The notes under the pieces are model-generated. The model saw only the letters and a program-made list of their open reading frames with translations, was not told where the DNA came from and searched no databases. From Blastocatellia bacterium (GTDB lineage: Bacteria > Acidobacteriota > Blastocatellia > UBA7656): a stretch of 64,000 bases of DNA. Below, piece after piece: positions 20,261 through 29,746 of this stretch (positions are counted from its first letter, which is position 1; each line of letters begins with the position of its first letter). The stretch covers positions 512,001 to 576,000 of the forward strand of contig CAVXWP010000008.1 of NCBI GenBank assembly GCA_963765495.1. The letters are read 5' to 3'. The position numbers and the translations under genes are program-made.

Positions 20261-21709
20261 TCAATCTGCCACAGCAGTATCTGACTGCGCGAGCCTTTCA
20301 TAAACTTCTTCGTAGAGCCGGGCCGATTTCTCCCAGGAATGATCGGCCCGCATTCCGTTAAGCATCAAAGCGCGCCAGAGGTCGCGGTCAGCATAAATCA
20401 GCAGCGCTTCATAAATTTTTTCAAGCAACCTGTAAGGATCGTAATCAAAAAACTTAAACCCTGTCCCCATCCGGGTCGTCCGGTCGAAGTTCTCTATGGT
20501 GTCGTCCAGACCGCCAACCGCGCGAACAATCGGCACCGTGCCGTACTTGAGCGAGTACATCTGGTTCAAACCGCAGGGCTCAAACAGAGACGGCATCAGA
20601 AACATATCCGCCCCCGCTTCGATAATGTGCGCCATCTCATTCGACAAACCAAAGTATACGCCTACATCGGAGGGTCGCGCATCCCTGAGAGCTTGAAACT
20701 CGTGTTCATAGACGCCTGAGCCCGACCCGAGCAGGATAAAAGCGACACCTCTATCCAGCATCGGGCGGGCGATTTTCAGCATCAGGTCTATTCCCTTCTG
20801 ATCGGTGAGCCTCGAGATTGCGGCGACTACAGGACGGTCAAGATTCTCCGGCAAACCGAACCGAGCGAGAAGATCGCGTTTACATTCCTGTTTGCCGCTC
20901 AGGTCGCGGGGGGAAAACCTGGCCGAAATGAGGGGGTCAATCTCTGGATTCCACACATCGTAATCGACACCATTGAGGATTCCAAAAAGATCACTGCTCC
21001 GGTAGCGGAGCACGCTATCCATTCCCTGCCCCGCAATCGGGGTTTGAATCTCACGGCTGTAACGGGGGCTGACGGTTGTGATAGCGTCGGAGAAGACCAG
21101 CCCCGCCTTCAGGGCCGACACCAGACCATAGTATTCAATTCCGCCGACTGGTGAATTCAACCACGAAGGCAACCCGCAATTGCCGAGGAAATCGGGGTTA
21201 AAAAGGCCGGAAAAGGCTATATTATGAATAGTAAATACTGTGCGCGTGCGAGCAAATGCAGGGTCCGAGGCATAGGTAGTCTTCAAATATGCAGAGACAA
21301 GGCCGGTCATCCAATCATTCAGGTGAATAATGTCCTGCCTTTCGCCAAGCGCCTTTGCCAGTTCAACAACCGCGCGGCTGAAGAAGGCAAATCTCTCAAC
21401 ATCGTCCCTTTCGCCATACAATGAGCCTCGGGAAAAATACCGGGGCGCATCAATAAAATAGACTGGAACAGGTCCTGAGCGATCTATGTAAACATCGGAT
21501 TCATAGAAGGTAAAATTAAAAGGAACAAGAAGTTTGGCGGGCAGGGCTTCTGAATGTGAAAGTATGGCATCAAGATTATAGCGTGGCATCACTATTCTGA
21601 CTGTGTGCCCAAGCCGGGCGAGGGCTTTTGGCAGAGAGGCTGAAACGTCAGCAAGGCCGCCGGTCTTTGCGTATGGCACAACTTCTGACGCCGCTAATAG
21701 GATGTTCAA
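20261..21709 (-). CDS. glgA: Glycogen/starch synthase, ADP-glucose type (GT5)
   Basis: KTGGLADV, HLNDW, FTIHN, GILNGVD, SRLTDQKG, FEPCGLNQMY. Confidence 0.93.
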   Translation of the reverse strand: MNILLAASEVVPYAKTGGLADVSASLPKALARLGHTVRIVMPRYNLDAILSHSEALPAKLLVPFNFTFYESDVYIDRSGPVPVYFIDAPRYFSRGSLYGERDDVERFAFFSRAVVELAKALGERQDIIHLNDWMTGLVSAYLKTTYASDPAFARTRTVFTIHNIAFSGLFNPDFLGNCGLPSWLNSPVGGIEYYGLVSALKAGLVFSDAITTVSPRYSREIQTPIAGQGMDSVLRYRSSDLFGILNGVDYDVWNPEIDPLISARFSPRDLSGKQECKRDLLARFGLPENLDRPVVAAISRLTDQKGIDLMLKIARPMLDRGVAFILLGSGSGVYEHEFQALRDARPSDVGVYFGLSNEMAHIIEAGADMFLMPSLFEPCGLNQMYSLKYGTVPIVRAVGGLDDTIENFDRTTRMGTGFKFFDYDPYRLLEKIYEALLIYADRDLWRALMLNGMRADHSWEKSARLYEEVYERLAQSDTAVAD

Positions 21710-21974
21710 ACATTAGCTCCCACAGTCTAAAATTTGTGTTACCTCAGAATCAAAAATAGTATTAGACCGCGCAAGACATTGTCAAGAAACCGATATCGAG
21801 CAATTTCGAGAAAAACAGGAGCCAGAAAATTCTCAGAAAATTCTTTGCGTACTTTTAGCCTTTGCGAGAACTCGTTTCCTTCCAAGGCAAAAAGTATAAA
21901 ATTTTTCTTAAAGAATCGGAGGGGGCCTGCTGTAGCTTGATCGGGGCAGGAAAATGCGACCTCGGGCCATCGCT

Positions 21975-22826
21975 CTATTCAAGGATGCTGTATCTGTGCT
22001 CTCTATCTTCTGATTTTCTTAGCGGCTCAACCGCTCCAAACCTTCGATTACGGGATTGATATTCGAGTAATGCCCGTAAGAATTCGGCCTTTCTGAAATC
22101 AGGCCATAGTGTTTGCGTCACATAGATTTCGCTGTAGGCGATCTGCCAGAGCAGGAAATTGCTGATACGCATCTCGCCGCTTGTGCGAATTAGGAGGTCC
22201 GGGTCAGGCAGCTGTGAGGTGTAAAGTGATCCTGCAATCATCCGTTCATCAATATCGCCGGGGCGGATATGACCTTCGACCGCCTGTCGGGCCAAGTCCC
22301 GACAGGCTTCGGCTATCTCTGCCCGTCCGCCATAATTGAGGGCGATACTAAGCGTCAGACCCGTATTCTTGCAGGTTACTTTCTCGGCGTGTCGAATAGC
22401 CTTGAGGACGGAAGAGTCGAACTGATCGCTTCGACCTATCATCTGGAACCTTATGTTGTTCCTCTGCAAATTATCCAATTCTTTTCTTAAGAACTCCTTC
22501 AGCAATCGCATCAAGGCTTCTACCTCGAAACGCGGGCGGCTCCAATTTTCGGTAGAGAAGGCAAACAATGTGAGACAGGAGAGCCCAAGCTGTGCAGAGG
22601 TTTCTACCGCTTCGCGAACCGAAGCCGCCCCCTGCCGGTGACCCGAAACACGAGGCAGACCTCTTTTTTTAGCCCATCGACCGTTTCCGTCCATGATGAT
22701 TGCGACGTGGGAAGGAAGCCTGGAAGAATCCAGTCGCTCGATCAGGAAATGCTCTATCGATTCGCTGTCATGAGTGATATTAAATTGCTTCACAAGAATC
22801 CCTGCTCCTTTTTTGGAGAATTTCAA
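21975..22826 (-). CDS. uppS: Undecaprenyl-diphosphate synthase (isoprenyl transferase)
   Basis: HVAIIMDGNGRWA, FSTENWSRP, NYGGR, DLLIRTSGEMRISNFLLWQ; exact start uncertain. Confidence 0.95.
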   Translation of the reverse strand: MKFSKKGAGILVKQFNITHDSESIEHFLIERLDSSRLPSHVAIIMDGNGRWAKKRGLPRVSGHRQGAASVREAVETSAQLGLSCLTLFAFSTENWSRPRFEVEALMRLLKEFLRKELDNLQRNNIRFQMIGRSDQFDSSVLKAIRHAEKVTCKNTGLTLSIALNYGGRAEIAEACRDLARQAVEGHIRPGDIDERMIAGSLYTSQLPDPDLLIRTSGEMRISNFLLWQIAYSEIYVTQTLWPDFRKAEFLRALLEYQSRNRRFGAVEPLRKSEDREHRYSILE

Positions 22827-23431
22827 TCTAGGGGATAAAGGTCGATCCTCTTCCTGCCATAAACAATTGTGTCCAGGAGATCACCTATTAGCCCGGCCTC
22901 GGAAATCCTAAGAGCCGGACGTTTTAGGCCGTCGGGTGCGTCAAAAACGATTTCAGTAACGCAATCAGTTCCGGCAGGAAGCGGTGTGGAACAGGACTGG
23001 AAAGACGATTGCTCCGAGTCGAGCGCAGCCTGCCCGGATGGCGCGAGGGCGTGTTCATTCCCGAAATCATCTATAAAGAGGGCATATGACCTGTTGAATT
23101 TGTAATCCACTCGTTTCGCGTGATTCGCTATGCGAAGAGTCACAATGTAAAATGAGCCCGAGGGCCAGACACTTGCGGCTCCCTCGCCAAGCGATTTTGC
23201 TTTTCTCACTCCCAAAACCGAGAAGGCGAAATCATCATATTGGATCTCCTGATTTAGTCCAACTATCTGGGTCCTGCGATTGAAGACGGCAAGGAGCACC
23301 AGCAGGATCAGCAATAATCCAATTCCAATCCCGAGGATGATCAAGACCTTCTTTAAAAACGGGGTCAACCCTTCCTCCTGTTGAGGCGTGCTTTTCGCCC
23401 CCCTCTTCTCTTTCCCCTTCCTAACTTTCAA
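22823..23431 (-). CDS. Single-pass membrane protein with DUF4352-like Ig fold
   Basis: N-terminal TM helix; FYIVTLRIANHA...LPAG...IVFDAP pattern. Confidence 0.6.
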   Translation of the reverse strand: MKVRKGKEKRGAKSTPQQEEGLTPFLKKVLIILGIGIGLLLILLVLLAVFNRRTQIVGLNQEIQYDDFAFSVLGVRKAKSLGEGAASVWPSGSFYIVTLRIANHAKRVDYKFNRSYALFIDDFGNEHALAPSGQAALDSEQSSFQSCSTPLPAGTDCVTEIVFDAPDGLKRPALRISEAGLIGDLLDTIVYGRKRIDLYPLD

Positions 23432-23727
23432 ACCCCTGATCCCTGCTTATATGGATCGTTATCAGACTGAGCGACCGTTTCGGGGGCGATGGTAATGAAA
23501 CCAGCCCGAGGACGGGTATCGGCATCAAAGGTCTTGCCACATGCTTCCCCGGGTGATTACTCTCTTGCTTACACCTTTCGGAATGCGGATTGCGGGTCGT
23601 AGAATTGAGCACCGGTCTATTCAGTCAATAATTTCGACCCGCATCACCGCCCTACGCAGGTATGATAGCGATTTGACGTGTGAGATGAATGAGCCAGGCA
23701 TGAGAAAAGTGTGAGAAGATTTTATTT

Positions 23728-26492
23728 ATGAGCCACTCTGGGACAATGGCGGGGGGATACCGCTTCGACAACTTCTTTATTGACCCGGCCAACAGACAGC
23801 TATGGCGTGACGGGGAGCCCGTTGCCTTGAATTCCAAGTACCTGGATGTGCTTTTGCTTCTGATCAGGCACAGGGGGCAGCTTGTAGAAAAGCAGCATAT
23901 ATTCGATCAGATTTGGGAGGGCGTGTTTGTAACGGATTCGGCCCTGACACAGTGTGTTAAGGATATTCGCCGTCAGCTTGGCGATGACGCCTCAAATCCG
24001 CGTTACATAAAGACGATCCCAAAATATGGGTACATGTTTATAGCTGAGGCGATTGAGGCCACGGACCAGGCGGCTGAATTGTGGCCTTCGGCCCAATCGA
24101 TTGCTCATGAAAAGATGGCTCAGGTTCCGTCTCCTCGTTCCCGCCCTTATAAATTTTTGGATTATTATGCGGAGGAGGACGCCCAGCTTTTTTTGGCCGG
24201 GAGCACGAAATAGAGACTATCTGTTCGCAGATAAGGTCCCGGCGTTCTTTCATCCTCCACGGCAGGTCGGGGGTCGGCAAAAGCTCGATAATCAGGGCGG
24301 GGGTTATACCCAGACTCAAGACCGAAGAGCATCTCGTTTTTGTCATTCGTAGCTTTACCGACCCGGCGCACCAGATTCTTACATCCCTCTCTCATCTTTT
24401 CGAGACTGAAAGCGGGACCGAACTCGAAATCGAATCTCTGATCAAACGGATCGGAGACGAGGGACAAGGGCGGCTATTGATATTTTTCATGGATCAGTTT
24501 GAAGAGTTTTTCCTGTCTCAGTCAGAGGAAACAAGAAATAGATTTATCAAAGTAATTGCCGCTCTTTCGGCAGGCGGGGCTTTGCCGGTACGCCTTGTTT
24601 TTGCCTTGCGCGAAGACCTGCTCGCCGAAATGACTCAATTAAAGAGAGCCATTCCTGAGATATTTCATCACGAATACAGATTAAAGAGGCTGGATCGTAC
24701 CCAGGCGGCGTGTGCAATAACCGAACCGGCGCTTGCTTCCGGGTGCAGCTACGAGCCTCAGCTTGTCGAACGATTGTTGGATGACCTCGCAGATCATGAG
24801 GGGGTAGACCCGCCGCAGATGCAGATTGTCTGCGACAGCCTCTATGACGCTAGAGATGAAAGAGGTCTGCTCACCGAAGCATCATATGAAGAGTTGGGAA
24901 CCGCCTCCGGCATACTTGCAGGGTATCTTGAACGAGTCTTACGCCGATTTAACGCTCCCGATCTGATCACGGTAAGGGGGATTTTAACTACCCTGATTTC
25001 ACCCGGGGGGCAGAGACTCGTATTACGCCCGTCAGAGCTTGAAGCGCGAGTAAGAATCCTGACCGGCAACAAATCGGGGGCGATTGGGAAGTTGGTTGAC
25101 GAGTTGGTTACGGCCCGCGTTGTCAGGCGGCGCAGTCTTGAGGGGGAGTCGTGGCTGGAACTGGCGCACGATTTTCTCACCCCTGAAATCAGCCGATGGA
25201 TAACGGAAGAAGAGAGGTCGCTAAAGAAGGCGCGCGCCGTCATCGAGCGCGCCCTTGAAAACTACAGGTCTCACAGGCTTGTGGTTGACGGAGACACCCT
25301 TGATTTGCTGCTCCCGTTCGGAGAACAGCTTGCTCTGACGGGCGAGGAAGCGGACCTTCTGGTACTGAGTCTTGTCTCACGCGCTTATGAAGTGCCGAGC
25401 TGGCTGGTCAGGTTTTCTCCCTCTTCTGAAGAGATCATCTCGCAGGCGGCAACGCACGCCGATGCCGAGGTTCGGCTTAGCGCCATCGCGGCTTCTCAGA
25501 TAAGCCCGGGGGATAAGACAAAGGTGATGCTTAGAAAGGTGGCGCTCTGGGATGCGGACCTCGGCGCAAGAAAGGCCGCCAGCATTGCCGTCGCTACCAT
25601 TTACGGCGATCAGTGCCTTGACCTGTTTTCAGTGGATGAGCAGGGGCAGGATATAGGGATCATTCGCCGGGCTGTCAGTCTGGCTATGATTCGTGATCAG
25701 GATAAGAGCCTGATTCGGCTATCTGACCTGACATTGCCGGTCAGTCTGCTTGTAATACTGGGGCTCGCCTGGGTCAGGCTTCGCAGGGATGGGAGGGAGA
25801 TAGTTCACCAGGCGTTAGGGGGGATGTTTGGAGGGGTCGCCTCCGGTTTTTTTGGAGGGCTGTTGCTTGGCGTATTGCTTTCGATGGCCCGTCACGCGTC
25901 AGCAGTTGAAACGCTCTCATTCGTTCTGGTGCTTGTCAGCATGGGGACATTTATTGGCGCGATAGGCGGTATGGGTGTGAGCATTGGGATGATCGCTGCG
26001 TTACATATCACCTACCGTCACAGCAGGTGGTGGTCGGTGGCCGGAGGCACAGCAGGCGGGGCGCTGATTGGGGGAAGTTCAAAGCTGCTGGGGGTCGACA
26101 CATTGAAGGCCCTGTTTGGGCAGAACCCGACGGGGCTGACAGGGGCATTCGAAGGGGCTGTAATTGGGGCGGGCGTTTCGCTCGGGGCGATTCTTGCGGC
26201 GCAGATTTTTGGCGAGTCAAGGGCATGGCAGAGAGTCGTTGGGGCAAGTCTCGGGGCTATGTGCGCAGGAATCCTGCTGACCGTCATCGGAGGCAATCTC
26301 TTCAGCGGAAGCCTTGAAATTGTGGCCCGCTCATTTGCCGATTCTCAAATCAGAATGGACCCTCTCGCCCCATTTTTTGGTGAAGGTCACTTTGGACAGA
26401 CAACACAGATAGTTATGGGCGCGCTTGAGGGCCTGCTTTTCGGAGCAGGTCTCTCTCTTGGTATCGAAACGAGAAAGAAGAAAGAAGGTTGA
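23728..26492 (+). CDS. OmpR/ToxR-type winged helix + STAND (nSTAND1-like) NTPase + HEAT-like + multi-TM protein, interrupted by a -1 frameshift at T7 24188-24194
   Basis: wHTH YIKTIPKYGYMF, then PYKFLDYY. From 24195 the -1 frame is open into ORF 24477: GREHEI, Walker A HGRSGVGKSS, Walker B FMDQFEEF, ELAHD, Gly-rich TM helices. Confidence 0.8.
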
Positions 26493-26499
26493 ATTTCAG

Positions 26500-26643
26500 C
26501 AGCAATTCTCGGTTTAGAAATTCTGTCTTAACAAAAAGTGAACCACGAAATACACGAAGCACACGAAATAGAAGAATTATTCGTGTATTTAGTCTGTTTC
26601 GTGGTATATCCCGGTGCGATTTCCTCTAAACCGAGAATTGCTG
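26500..26643. mobile_element. 144-bp MITE with 19-bp terminal inverted repeats and 9-bp target-site duplication
   Basis: TIR CAGCAATTCTCGGTTTAGA / TCTAAACCGAGAATTGCTG; GAATTTCAG on both flanks (26491-26499, 26644-26652); internal palindrome CCACGAAATACACGAA...TTCGTG..TTTCGTGG. Confidence 0.85.
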
Positions 26644-26684
26644 GAATTTCAGACAGGATTCTTGTCAAATCCAATCTAATCCTC

Positions 26685-27647
26685 TTAATCCTGTCTGAAA
26701 TTCAAATCCCGGAACTTGTCTGTAGCCCGGATCAAACCATCCACGATGCCGGGCTCGAAAGCCGAATGCCCCGCGTCAGGGACTATTTTCAACTCCGCTT
26801 CGGGCCAGGCTCTGTGAAGGTCCCAGGCGCTCATCATCGGACAGACGACATCATAACGCCCCTGCACGATCACTCCGGGTATATGGCGAATTTCCCCCAC
26901 ATTGTCGAGCAATTGATCTTCCGATTCCATGAAGATGTTGTTGATGAAATAGTGGCATTCGATGCGCGCAAGCGAGACCGCCTTATGAGGATCGGCAAAG
27001 CTGTCGATTAGATTTTGATCGGGAATGAGTTTTGACGTACTCCCTTCCCAGATGCTCCATGCGCGCGCGGCTTCGATCCTCACGGATTCATCTTCGCTCG
27101 TCAATCGCCTGTAGTATGCTCCCATCAAATCGTCGCGCTCATCTTCGGGGATGACTTTTAGAAACTCTTCCCAGACATCTGCGAAGATGGAATTTGCGCC
27201 ATCCTGATAAAACCAGCCCAGTTCCCTTTTGCGACAAAGGAATATGCCTCGAAGCACGAGCGCCACTACGCGATCCGGGTGTGTTTCCGCGTATGCGAGC
27301 GAAAGCGTGCTGCCCCAGGAGCCGCCGAATACGAGCCACTTATCAATACCGAGATGTGTTCGGAGACGCTCGATGTCGGCCACAAGATCCCAGGTCGTGT
27401 TCTCTTCGAGAGAGGCGAAGGGTTTGCTCTGCCCACAACCCCTTTGATCAAACAGGACGACTCGATATGTTGAAGGATCGAAGTAACGGCGGTAATCACT
27501 GGAGAGACCGCCACCCGGCCCTCCGTGAAGAAAGGCGGCGGGTCGCCCGGTCGGGTTACCACACTGCTCATAGTAAAGCGTGTGTACCGGAGAAACCCGA
27601 AGAAATCCTTTATCAAAAGGTTCTATTGGGTCATACATTGTTCTCAT
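26685..27647 (-). CDS. pip: Proline iminopeptidase
   Basis: LHGGPGGG, FDQRGCGQS, FGGSWGSTL, QGRYDVVCP, DAGHS. Confidence 0.95.
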   Translation of the reverse strand: MRTMYDPIEPFDKGFLRVSPVHTLYYEQCGNPTGRPAAFLHGGPGGGLSSDYRRYFDPSTYRVVLFDQRGCGQSKPFASLEENTTWDLVADIERLRTHLGIDKWLVFGGSWGSTLSLAYAETHPDRVVALVLRGIFLCRKRELGWFYQDGANSIFADVWEEFLKVIPEDERDDLMGAYYRRLTSEDESVRIEAARAWSIWEGSTSKLIPDQNLIDSFADPHKAVSLARIECHYFINNIFMESEDQLLDNVGEIRHIPGVIVQGRYDVVCPMMSAWDLHRAWPEAELKIVPDAGHSAFEPGIVDGLIRATDKFRDLNFRQD

Positions 27648-27684
27648 AGTCTGGTTCCTCAACTTGACCTTGCAGGTTCGACCT

Positions 27685-28191
27685 TCATTCCGGGGCGATC
27701 CTGGCAAGCGATGTCTTGATCCGCAGTATAGTTTTCTCTCCGAGCCCCGGAACAGAATATAACCCCTGGCCTTCGACAAAAGCCCTGAGGTCATCAAGGC
27801 TCTGAATACCGAATTCTCTATGCAACAGTTGAGCGGTCTTCAGTCCGATCCCCGAGACGCGTTTCAAATCAAGCACTGTGACCGGGGTTTCCTTCTTTAA
27901 TTCTTCCAGGGCCGGAGCAGTCCCGGTCCTGATAATATCGACAATCTGGAGGGAGAGAGTTTTCCCGATTCCGGGCAATTTTTGCAAATTTGCTATGCCG
28001 CCACGGCGGGCTATTTCCGGCAGCGAATCATGCATATCCTCTATGGTTTCGGCTGCCAGTCGATAGGACCTCACTTTGAATGGGTTTTGGTCTTTGAATT
28101 CGAGCAGGTCGGCTATCGTATGGAAGACTCTGGCAATGGCGAGGTTATCAACCGAAAAAACAGTGCCATTTTCAGGGTCGAGGTCCGTCAT
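27685..28191 (-). CDS. Stand-alone DNA polymerase X N-terminal (8-kDa/helix-hairpin-helix) domain protein
   Basis: IADLLEFKDQNPFKVRSYRLAA, three HhH motifs (LPGIGKT, VSGIGLK, VPGLGEK); ends before the palm and PHP domains. Confidence 0.75.
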   Translation of the reverse strand: MTDLDPENGTVFSVDNLAIARVFHTIADLLEFKDQNPFKVRSYRLAAETIEDMHDSLPEIARRGGIANLQKLPGIGKTLSLQIVDIIRTGTAPALEELKKETPVTVLDLKRVSGIGLKTAQLLHREFGIQSLDDLRAFVEGQGLYSVPGLGEKTILRIKTSLARIAPE

Positions 28192-28214
28192 GAAAGGAGA
28201 AGGTGATTTGCGGT

Positions 28215-28252
28215 CTGTGATCCGTGGCAAGCTCTTGCCACGGATCACAGAG
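28215..28252. repeat. Perfect palindrome of the CCACGGAT repeat type
   Basis: TCTGTGATCCGTGGCAAG-CT-CTTGCCACGGATCACAGA. Confidence 0.7.
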
Positions 28253-28303
28253 GGCCAAAGATTCAACTCGAAACTAAGCTCTAAATTCAGTCTGAAGTTG
28301 AGC

Positions 28304-29461
28304 CTATCTGGGTGTCGACCGAAGGACATGGATAACCATGTCGGTTCCGGGATCGAGAATTAAATCCTTTTCGCCGTCTATATAAACCGTTCCGACACCG
28401 CCCGCGCCGCCGATGACGGCCCCGAGGAGAGCGCCTTTACCGCCGCCCAGAATTCCGCCGATGACCGCTCCGGCCGCAGCCCCTACGCCGCCGCGCACTT
28501 GCGAATCTCTGGACCGGCTGCCGGTCTCTACGTTCCCTTCCTCATCAACTTTTTTTACGGTCTCGGAGTCAATGATCTTATCAAGCTGAGCTTCGATTGA
28601 TGAACTGCGTCCGTCCTTGAGAGTCAACGAATCGAATGCGATTCCAAGCTCGGTCTTGCCCGTCACCTTCCCTGATTTTTTGAGTGTGGCAATATGCCCT
28701 TCGATCGTAGCGCCGTCATAGGGAGACGGAGAGACAACCACGGCAGTGAATTTATCGCCCACGCGGTTGTTCTTTGTATCAATTGGCGTAGTAAGCCGAA
28801 TCTGCATTTCAGTATCGCGTGGTATATCGAGCGAGATTTCCGGCTCTCGTGTAGTGCGTGGGCGGCGGGAATCATTATCCCTTCGCGAGTCATTATCTCT
28901 TCGCGAGTCATTATCCCTTCGCCTCGACGGATCATCGCTTCGTGCCGAGTCATCCCTGCGGCGATTTGGATTATCTTGCCATTGCTGCTGTTCTCTGGCG
29001 CGCTGTGCATCGGCAAGGGCCGCGGCCTTTGCCAGCACTTCACCATTTGCGGGAACTCCCTCATTGCGGGTGCGCCCGTAATACCCGTCTACGTACCCGA
29101 GTTCGAAACCGAGATCATATCCCTGACGATACTCTTCGGATGTAGCATACTTCTGGTCATAGCGCTCCTCGCGCCGCTGATAGGCTTCCGAGCGTTTGAA
29201 ATCCTGTGGGACAGCCTTTCGCCAGTCGGCTCCGCCCGATGTAAAACCATCCCCATAACCAAGCGTATATGCTTGATCGTAAATGCTCATGGGTTTGGGG
29301 GGCGGCGGTAATTTTGATTTTGCGGGCGCGCGTTTGGGTGCTCTTTTCTGTAAAAGCGGGGTTGCTGATCCGGCAGGTGCCAGGCTCGACAAGCCCAGCA
29401 CCACTACGAGCACTGCCGGGATTATCGGATTGAACCATCGAAGCTTACTCTTGCGTTCCAT
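28304..29461 (-). CDS. Secreted protein with Tyr/Gly-rich repeats, RRDNDS tandem repeats and a TrbI/VirB10-like beta domain with glycine zipper
   Basis: N-terminal signal/TM; GYGDGF/GYDLGF/GYVDGY; 18-bp tandem repeats at about 28869-28922; IRLTTPIDT..GDKFTA; GAAAGAVIGGILGGGKGA. Confidence 0.65.
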   Translation of the reverse strand: MERKSKLRWFNPIIPAVLVVVLGLSSLAPAGSATPLLQKRAPKRAPAKSKLPPPPKPMSIYDQAYTLGYGDGFTSGGADWRKAVPQDFKRSEAYQRREERYDQKYATSEEYRQGYDLGFELGYVDGYYGRTRNEGVPANGEVLAKAAALADAQRAREQQQWQDNPNRRRDDSARSDDPSRRRDNDSRRDNDSRRDNDSRRPRTTREPEISLDIPRDTEMQIRLTTPIDTKNNRVGDKFTAVVVSPSPYDGATIEGHIATLKKSGKVTGKTELGIAFDSLTLKDGRSSSIEAQLDKIIDSETVKKVDEEGNVETGSRSRDSQVRGGVGAAAGAVIGGILGGGKGALLGAVIGGAGGVGTVYIDGEKDLILDPGTDMVIHVLRSTPR

Positions 29462-29746
29462 CGGTTTTTCTTCCTCCTGTAAATTGAGCCATGAAAGCCT
29501 GAAGAAATCTCTCCCGCGCATCGAAATATATGACAGGCAGCATCCCTACGCTCAGGCAACGTGATTAGATGCTATCACTTTTATAAAAAGCATGCGACCC
29601 GGTCAGTGGCCACCGACCACTGACCACCGACCACAGTTTTTTCCCGCCTGGATTTGAGGTATCATAATACCGCATCAGAATGTAGCTTCGAACTGGAAAG
29701 AATTAAGCTGCAAATTTCAAATCAATCGGCACTTGGAGGTCAGATT

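Noticed and set aside
23421-23612. 63-aa ORF upstream of the DUF4352-like gene
   Set aside because: No recognisable homology or clear RBS; may be leader sequence
26538-27011. 157-aa ORF starting MNHEIHEAHE
   Set aside because: Translation of the MITE palindrome plus the antisense of pip
28869-28922. 18-bp tandem repeats
   Set aside because: In-frame coding repeats (RRDNDS) in a linker; not a DNA-level element
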